Source: Diplonema japonicum (Eukaryota > Protista > Euglenozoa: Diplonemea). Taken from it: 64,000 nt of DNA. Under the pieces are notes generated by a model, which had not been told where the DNA came from, did not search any database, and saw only the letters and a program-made list of their open reading frames with translations. The stretch covers positions 186,001 through 250,000 of the forward strand of contig OZ025677.1 in the NCBI GenBank assembly GCA_964019335.1, given 5' to 3'. Below are positions 57,364 through 64,000 of the stretch, in pieces (position 1 is the stretch's first letter; every line of letters begins with the position of its first letter). The position numbers and the translations under genes are program-made.

Positions 57364-60360
57364 GTGCAGGACGAGGTAATGCCACCGGTTTCAGGCCCCT
57401 GTTTGAGCCAGACCCCTGCAGCTAGCCTCACCCCCAATGATGACCCGGTCCCTTCACCTGGTCCGGACTCAGACGCTAATCCGGTCCACAGCATTGACCC
57501 GACCCCCGTTGCAGACCCGGTCCATACATCTGGCCCGATCTCCGTCACGGACCCGGCCCCAACGGCTAATCCGGTCGCAGACTCGGTCCCTGCGACTAAA
57601 CCGGTTGCAAACACGGCCCCCGTCACGAACCCGGTCCCTGCGACTAGCCCAATCGCTGACCCGGTCCTCATCACAGACCCAGTTACCGCAGCTAGCCCGA
57701 TCACGGACCCGGTCCCCGTCACAGACACGGCCCCCGTCGCAGACCCGGTCCCCACAACCAGCCCAGTCGCTGACCCGGTCCCCGTCACGGACCCGGTCCC
57801 CACATCTGGCCCGGTCGCAGACACGACCCACATCACAGACGCGATCCCCGAAACCAGCTTAGTCGTTGACCCGGTCCCTGCAAGTAACCCAGTCGCTGAC
57901 CCGGTCCTCACCACAGACCCGGTCTCCACGACTAACCCGGTCGCAGACATGGCCCCTGCCACAGATCCAGTCCCTGCAACCAGCCCAGTCGCTGACCCGG
58001 TCCCCGTCACAGACCCGGTCCCCGCATCTGGCCCGGTCGCAGACACGACCCACATCACAGACGCGATCCCCGAAACCAGTTTGGTCGTTGACCCGGTCCC
58101 TACAAGTAACCCAGTCGCTGACCCGGTCCGCACCGCAGACCCGGTCTCCACGGCTAACCCGGTCGCAGACACGGCCCCTGCCACAGATCCAGTCCCCGCA
58201 ACCAGCCCAGTCGCTGACCCGGTCCCCGTCACAGACCCGGTCCCCGCAGCTAACCCGGTCCCTGTCACGGACCCGGCCCCCACAACCAACCCGGTTGGAG
58301 ACACGGCCCCCATCACAGACCCGGTCCCCGCAGCCAGCCCAATCGCTGACCCGGTCCCCGTCACGGATCCGGTCCCCGCATCTGGCCCGGTCTCGATAGT
58401 CCCTGACGACCCAGTGCCCACAACTGGCCCAGTCTACGCCACGGACCTAGTCAGTTCGCCTGGCCCGATCTCTGTCACGGACGCAGTCCCCACCACAGGC
58501 CCGGTCCACGCTTCTAGTCTGATCCCCTCCACAGACCCGGTTCCAACACCAGGCGCAGCCTCCACCAGAGACCCGGTCCCCGCGTCTGACCCGGTCCTCG
58601 CCTCGGACCCGTTACCCGAAGTTGATGCCCTCCCCGTTACAGACCCAGTCCCCGTGCAGATGGACCTGTCTGAACCTCTGGGGCAGCATGGATCGACGAC
58701 ATGGGTGCAACCCGAGCCCTCAACGAAGGCGGTCGCCCCACCACCCCTCTTGACGACAGCGGAGCCCTGGGTGCCGTTAGCTCTGACGACGATGTCGCAA
58801 CGACAGATGCAAAGCAGTAGCAGGACTGCGTTAGGACGGGGCACTTCTACTTCTCCTCCTTCTTTTTCTGCTTCTTCTTCTTTTACGCGAACAACGACGA
58901 CTGTCCATCAGAGTCTGCTGTGGTCCGATGTCCCAGGGCACCAACGAGGTCGTGGGGGCATCACGAGAGGTCGCACGTCAAGCCCCGGATCACAACCGAG
59001 ACGCGCACACAGCGCAACGACCGCGTGTTTCCCTCGCACCCCAGAACGATTCTCACCCCTGGCCGGTCTGTCGGCTACAGACGACCTGTACATGCCGGAG
59101 CTGACACAGCACAGCAGAGACATGTACATGCTGGAGCCACCCGCGGATTTGACTGCTGCGACGGAACCTCCTCCTCCCCCACAGGGGGACATGTACATGC
59201 TGGAGCCACCACCCACGGAGTCGACGCAAACAGACGACGACCCCCATCCTCAGTCAGCGAGACCTGCCCCACGGGGGACCGATGAGGCACAGAGAAATCT
59301 GAAGGTGGTCATAGACCTGACTGGCGACGACGACGACAAAGTCTCTGCCCCGACCTCGACCCCGCCATCGGAGACGGCGGAACCTGCGCCACGGACGGAG
59401 GAGCTGGAACTGGCATGCCTCACTACCCACGACGGCGACGAAGCCCTGGCCCCACACTCAGCCCCAGCCCCGGCCCCGCCCCTCGCAAGCCACCACAAGA
59501 AGAAGCGAAAGGGAGGCGCATGCCCGGACGTGTACCTTGGCCACGACAACAAGCTGGTAAGGACCAGCACAGATCGTGCACCAGCGCCACCTCTGCTCGT
59601 CAAATGGCGGTCCAAGAGCGCGAAGCGCGGGCAGTTGTGCGACGGACAAGCGGAGCCCGCAAAGAAGAAAGACCGCTTGGACCTCCTCAGGGCGAACCGA
59701 CGGTCGGGCAAGGCCGCCGTTCACGCCCTGGCTGAAGAACATCGAGCGGGTCTGGAAGATAAGCTCTCCCACACGAAACTGGCGACGGCCGGGATCGTCG
59801 AAGCGGAAGGGGAGTGGACGCCAGAAGCCATGATACGGGTCTGCAAACACGTGCTCGGCGAAGAGCCTAAAACCGCGAAGGAACTCGGGATTCACATGAA
59901 GTTTGTCCGGTTCGCCCTCATCCTGGATTTTGACAGGACGTGGATCATGGCCAGGTATGACTCGGAAGGCTGGAAGGCGAAGGGGGACGTCGAGAGACGG
60001 CAGCAGTTCACGCGGCACGGAGATATGAGAGCCTTGAAGGATCACTACTTCGTGGCCACTGACTGGCTGTTCTTCACCACGCTGCAGTGGCATAATGTGG
60101 GACAGCGCCACCCCCAAGAACCACGAAGACCTTACGCAAGTAAGAGTGCTGGCCCGGCGAGCTACGAGGGCAAAAAACCTCTTTTCTCCTTGGAGATGAG
60201 AACATATATTATAGTGCGACATGATCAGACTGGAACGGCCGCCCCGGGGCATCCTCTGCTCAACCCGGCGGACGTGGGAGGCCCTTCTTCGGAAGGTGCC
60301 AGTCGCTTGATCAGTGTCGTCGAATGCGCGCTATATTTTACATTTTATAAGTACATATAA
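57364..60360 (+). CDS. Large Pro/Thr/Asp-rich repeat protein with unknown C-terminal domain
   Basis: 998-codon open frame, first ATG at 57379. (DPVP)-rich repeats and an NLS-like HHKKKRK. Confidence 0.6.
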   Translation: MQDEVMPPVSGPCLSQTPAASLTPNDDPVPSPGPDSDANPVHSIDPTPVADPVHTSGPISVTDPAPTANPVADSVPATKPVANTAPVTNPVPATSPIADPVLITDPVTAASPITDPVPVTDTAPVADPVPTTSPVADPVPVTDPVPTSGPVADTTHITDAIPETSLVVDPVPASNPVADPVLTTDPVSTTNPVADMAPATDPVPATSPVADPVPVTDPVPASGPVADTTHITDAIPETSLVVDPVPTSNPVADPVRTADPVSTANPVADTAPATDPVPATSPVADPVPVTDPVPAANPVPVTDPAPTTNPVGDTAPITDPVPAASPIADPVPVTDPVPASGPVSIVPDDPVPTTGPVYATDLVSSPGPISVTDAVPTTGPVHASSLIPSTDPVPTPGAASTRDPVPASDPVLASDPLPEVDALPVTDPVPVQMDLSEPLGQHGSTTWVQPEPSTKAVAPPPLLTTAEPWVPLALTTMSQRQMQSSSRTALGRGTSTSPPSFSASSSFTRTTTTVHQSLLWSDVPGHQRGRGGITRGRTSSPGSQPRRAHSATTACFPRTPERFSPLAGLSATDDLYMPELTQHSRDMYMLEPPADLTAATEPPPPPQGDMYMLEPPPTESTQTDDDPHPQSARPAPRGTDEAQRNLKVVIDLTGDDDDKVSAPTSTPPSETAEPAPRTEELELACLTTHDGDEALAPHSAPAPAPPLASHHKKKRKGGACPDVYLGHDNKLVRTSTDRAPAPPLLVKWRSKSAKRGQLCDGQAEPAKKKDRLDLLRANRRSGKAAVHALAEEHRAGLEDKLSHTKLATAGIVEAEGEWTPEAMIRVCKHVLGEEPKTAKELGIHMKFVRFALILDFDRTWIMARYDSEGWKAKGDVERRQQFTRHGDMRALKDHYFVATDWLFFTTLQWHNVGQRHPQEPRRPYASKSAGPASYEGKKPLFSLEMRTYIIVRHDQTGTAAPGHPLLNPADVGGPSSEGASRLISVVECALYFTFYKYI
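57440..58660 (+). repeat. Coding minisatellite GACCCGGTCCCC with 222-bp higher-order duplication
   Basis: Repeated DPVP units. GCGATCCCCGAAACCAG occurs at 57841 and 58063 (74-aa unit). Confidence 0.9.
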
Positions 60361-60933
60361 CAATCGATTGAAAGAAGAAGAACGTTTTACCAAGGGTTAC
60401 AAGACGTGGATCTGAGTGGCTTCACTAACGTGGCCTTCATTGGCCATTCCTTCCTGTCTGGGTGCTCGGTATTGCAAAACTTAGATCTGAGTTTCTTCAC
60501 CAACATCACCTCCATTAGCGCATACTTTCTGTGTGAGTGCAGGGCATTGCAAAACGTGGTTCTAAGCGGCTTCACCAACGTCACCTCTATTGGTCATAAC
60601 TTCCTGCATAATTGCTTGGCAATGCAAAATGTGGATCTGAGTGTTTTCACTAAAGTGACATTTATTGGTCATAACTTCCTGAATTGTTGCTTGGCATTGC
60701 AAAACGTGGATCTGAGTGTCTTCACAAAAGTGACAACCATTTGCGATGCTTTTCTGTCTGGATGCTCAGGGTTGCAAAACGTGGATTTGCATGCTTTTAC
60801 CAACGTGACCTACGTTGGCAGTGAATTCCTGAAGTTTGTCCCTGGATTGCAAAACATCGAGGCACCATTGCTTCCCAAAGAGCACGCCCTGATGGTGGCA
60901 CTACCATTGACAAACACTTCTTCAACACCCTGA
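60361..60933 (+). CDS. BspA/TpLRR-like leucine-rich repeat region (no own ATG)
   Basis: About six 25-aa repeats LQNVDLSxFTxVTxIGHNFLxxCxx, in frame with the upstream ORF after its TAA. Confidence 0.65.
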   Translation, partial: QSIERRRTFYQGLQDVDLSGFTNVAFIGHSFLSGCSVLQNLDLSFFTNITSISAYFLCECRALQNVVLSGFTNVTSIGHNFLHNCLAMQNVDLSVFTKVTFIGHNFLNCCLALQNVDLSVFTKVTTICDAFLSGCSGLQNVDLHAFTNVTYVGSEFLKFVPGLQNIEAPLLPKEHALMVALPLTNTSSTP

Positions 60934-61280
60934 CGTTGAAATTTATCTTTTCCTTGAAGAGGCCGAAACCTTGAGGAAACCTCATTTTACTTTCGCTTCA
61001 CCTCCTTCCTGTTAACTTCCTTTTGCAATAATCTCGAGTCTTTTGACTTATTTGAGCAAAAGGGGAACGTTGACAACCTGTTTGTGGGTTATAATACAGG
61101 CTTCCACATTCATGCACAACGACCAGTTCCTCTTTTGACATATAAGCTGAGAGTTGAAAGAAGATTATCAAAAAAGAAAATAATTTCTTTTCTACCAATC
61201 TTTATCCTCCTTTTTTTTGTTGCAGGGCTATTTCTCGTGGTGGAAAAAAATAAAGAAAGGAAAGAAAAAAGAGAAAAAAT

Positions 61281-62101
61281 ATGGGAAACGAAAGTAAGCT
61301 TGTCGTGGTTGGGGCGGGGGGTGTGGGGAAGTCTGCAATTTCGGTGAGATTCGTGCAGGTATGTCCAGACAGGGTAAAAAAAGGGAAATCAAAAAAAAAA
61401 AAAAAAAATCCTAGGGTAAATTCGTACCGTTCTATGACCCATCTATTCTCGACAAGTACAGGAAGCAGGTCCAGATAGACGGAAGGACGGAGATTGTTGA
61501 GATCGTGGACACTGCAGGGCAAGAGGAATACAGATCCATGAGAGCACAGTACTACGAAAAGGGCGAGGGGTTCGTTGTGGTTTACAGCATCACAGACCGG
61601 GGGAGTATGGGTGAGGTGGAAAAGCTGAGGGATGATATTCTGGAGGAGAAAGGCTGCAGCTGTGTGCCGATGGTGCTTGTGGGGAATAAGTGCGACTTGG
61701 AAACTGAGAGAAAAGTGACGAAGTCAGAAGGTGAGGCGCTGGCCAGGAACTGGTTCAGGGAGAACAAAGGCATCCCCTTCTTCGAGTCGTCTGCTAAGGA
61801 CGCCATCAACATCGATGAGTGTATCCATCAGATTGTGCGCGAGTTACGTTCTCAAAAGGCTACTCCAGTGCACGAGTTACGTCCACAAAAGGTCCTTCAG
61901 GAATGTCAACAAGTGGTCCCCCAGGAACGTCTACAAAAGGTCCTTCAGGAACGTCAGCAAGTGGTCCCTCAGGAACGTCCACAAAAGGTCCTTCAGGAAC
62001 GTCAGCAAAAGGTCACTCAGAAACAAAAGGTCCTCCAGGATCGTCAGCAGGTCTCTCAAAAGCTTTCTGTCAGAAAGAAGTGGAATTGCTCTGTGATGTG
62101 A
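61281..62101 (+). CDS. Ras/Rap-family small GTPase; exons 61281-61358 and 61415-62101
   Basis: KLVVVGAGGVGKSA / GKFVPFYDPSILDKYRKQ / DTAGQEEY / NKCD / ESSAK / CaaX CSVM. A 56-nt GT-AG intron restores the frame. Confidence 0.92.
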
Positions 62102-62506
62102 GCGACAGATATGATGTTTTCGTCTTTTTGCCTAGCTCCTCTTCTTTTTTTGCCCCCATCCTATTGAATGCACAAAAAAAAGGGGGTGAAAAAAAAAAAA
62201 AAAAAAAGAAGAAAGAAAAAAAAAATCCCTTACCTTTCCTTTTCATTGTTTTTTCGATTTAAAATCCCTTGCCTTTCTTTACCCTTACTATCTATAGGGT
62301 TTTATTTTTCCTCCCTGGTTTTCTTCTTTTTTGTAAAAGCGGCCTTTAATTGTGTGGTACCAAACGGTTAACAATCTGATTTTTGTTCCTTTCAGGTTCC
62401 CTTCAAAGACACCCTTTTCCTTCTTTTTTTTTGTTTTTTTGTTCTCTATTCTATCTGACTCTATTCTATCTGACTCTTTTCAACTTGTTCATAAGGCTTT
62501 ACACAC

Positions 62507-64000
62507 ATGGGTTCCTTCATAACCGATTTCACTGAAAAGTCCAGTGGGAGATGTGGCCATGTGTATGAAGCATTCATGGGCCTTGTGGAGAAGGAAAGCG
62601 ACTGCAGCGACGACCGAATACGGAAACGGTTATTGTTCCCGATGGGAGCTGTGTTTCTGGCCCTGTACATGTTCCTGGTGCCGTACACATGGGCTACTGA
62701 GAGCTGGTATGCTGCGATGTTCATGTCTGGGGTGCGGATGCTATTGTTCGTGCTGTTCTACATTTATTGCATAACTACCAAGACATGCCCCACATGGTTG
62801 GTTGAGGGGATAATTGTGGCCGTGGGCTTCACAATCTTCCTTGTGGATGACATTCTAACATATGGTATCTACGAGTCGTGGTCCGCTGCCATTCTGATGA
62901 TGGACGGCCTGCTTCTTACAAAATGTCGCGACAGGGTGACCACCCTGGCCTTCTTTGGTGCTGCCCTGTACCTTACTGTGAAGACCACCGAGGAGGCCTT
63001 CGACATTGGGATCTATGGAAACCTCCCCTCCGTTGCCGACAACCTCTCCCCCCGTGACAGCCAAGGCTCATACTGGTTCTTCCGAGTCCTCCCTCTCCGC
63101 CTTATCACCTTCATGGCCGATTTCGTGATGACACGCAACTTCGCAAATGGGATGCGTTCTGAGAAGCAACGCTCCGAAGAAGACATCATCATGGCGAACC
63201 GTGTTGCTGCGTCTCTTGTGAAGTTCGATCTTGATGCAGCGGAACACCACCTTGTGAAACGTCACAGCGGGAGCTCCAGTGACCTGCGAGATGCCTTCCT
63301 TTCCCTCATCGCAAACTTGAAGCTGTACAAGCCATACCTCCCCGATGCTCTTTTCCACTTGTCGGAGAGCTCTAGTGAGATCGAACATGCCGATGACCAC
63401 CCTGTCACTAAGTACTTCCCGGCAAGGCAGACGCCCCCTGGAATGGGTGGAGAGTCAGTGGCGTTAGCCTTCACCGATATCCAGTCGTCAACAGACATTT
63501 GGGAGAAGCACACGACTGCTATGCGGACGGCGATGGAGCTGCACAACCAGGCCATGCGAGAGTGCATCTTCAAAACGAACGGCTACGAGGTGAAGACAAT
63601 TGGAGATGCTTTCATGGTGGCCTTCGATACCGTGGCTGAAGCTGTGCGCTTCAGTCTGATGGCTCAGGAGGAACTTCTTGCACAGCCATGGCCCTCTTCT
63701 CTCCTGGAACACCATCTCTGCAAGGCAAGTAGCGGGGCTTGGAAGGGGCTGAGGGTGCGAATCGGAGTCCACACAGGGCATGCTCGTCTAGAAGTGAACC
63801 CCACAACAGCGAGGACCGACTACATGGGACCTACAGTGAACAAGACAGCGAGAGTAGAGGCAGCCTCTGTTGGAGGTGCTGTAGCTGTCACAGATGAAGT
63901 GCTTCAGGCATTAGATAAGGATGGCGGCCTAAAGGAGATGGGGAGCCCACTGACCATCAAGATAGGAACGCAGAAGCTTAAGGGCGTCGGGTGCGTGCCA
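62507..64000 (+). CDS. Multi-pass membrane class III adenylate cyclase (runs off window end)
   Basis: ATG at 62507 and several hydrophobic helices. In-frame AFTDIQSST, GYEVKTIGDAFMVAF, GLRVRIGVHTG, DYMGPTVNKTARVE. Confidence 0.92.
   Translation, partial: MGSFITDFTEKSSGRCGHVYEAFMGLVEKESDCSDDRIRKRLLFPMGAVFLALYMFLVPYTWATESWYAAMFMSGVRMLLFVLFYIYCITTKTCPTWLVEGIIVAVGFTIFLVDDILTYGIYESWSAAILMMDGLLLTKCRDRVTTLAFFGAALYLTVKTTEEAFDIGIYGNLPSVADNLSPRDSQGSYWFFRVLPLRLITFMADFVMTRNFANGMRSEKQRSEEDIIMANRVAASLVKFDLDAAEHHLVKRHSGSSSDLRDAFLSLIANLKLYKPYLPDALFHLSESSSEIEHADDHPVTKYFPARQTPPGMGGESVALAFTDIQSSTDIWEKHTTAMRTAMELHNQAMRECIFKTNGYEVKTIGDAFMVAFDTVAEAVRFSLMAQEELLAQPWPSSLLEHHLCKASSGAWKGLRVRIGVHTGHARLEVNPTTARTDYMGPTVNKTARVEAASVGGAVAVTDEVLQALDKDGGLKEMGSPLTIKIGTQKLKGVGCVP

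Noticed and set aside
57279-58421. Antisense 380-aa ORF of AGTGSVTGTGSATGLV repeats resembling ice-nucleation or antifreeze proteins
   Set aside because: It shares wobble positions with the much longer plus-strand ORF and is confined to the minisatellite, so it is most likely a shadow frame. It lacks the AGYGST consensus.

Overview
Eukaryotic, almost intron-free protist DNA. It is probably euglenozoan (diplonemid-like); this is an inference from the directional gene clusters, the kinetoplastid-type class III adenylate cyclase and the BspA-like LRR. Intergenic DNA is full of very long A/T/G/C homopolymers. Host genes from 76 to 50,897 all lie on the minus strand: a discoidin-like protein, two TH1/PH-like paralogs, a CCCH Zn-finger protein, an HSL esterase, a vWA protein, a DH-PH RhoGEF, a GH141-like beta-helix protein, LCMT1, an RCC1-repeat protein, an ITPK1-choline-kinase-like fusion and a choloylglycine hydrolase. 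Genes from about 57.4 kb on lie on the plus strand: a repeat protein, an LRR region, an intron-containing Ras and an adenylate cyclase. The divergent switch between them is a repeat nest in which CpGs have been largely erased. The most striking system is a family of at least six tyrosine-recombinase (Crypton-like) elements and derivatives with a shared architecture: IR - cargo - IR - long terminal hairpin - TAAATAGTTATT end. Their stems repeatedly carry tandem GA/GA mismatches and GCGAAGC loops on one strand only, suggesting recombination through folded single-stranded DNA. Some derivatives carry tRNA-like Pol III boxes, and two facing hairpin ends bracket a host-gene paralog. Also present are a non-LTR retrotransposon family whose copies sit in sense-strand poly(T), pogo-like and other TIR elements, and SINE-like repeats. 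All calls were made by eye; no database searches or folding programs were run.
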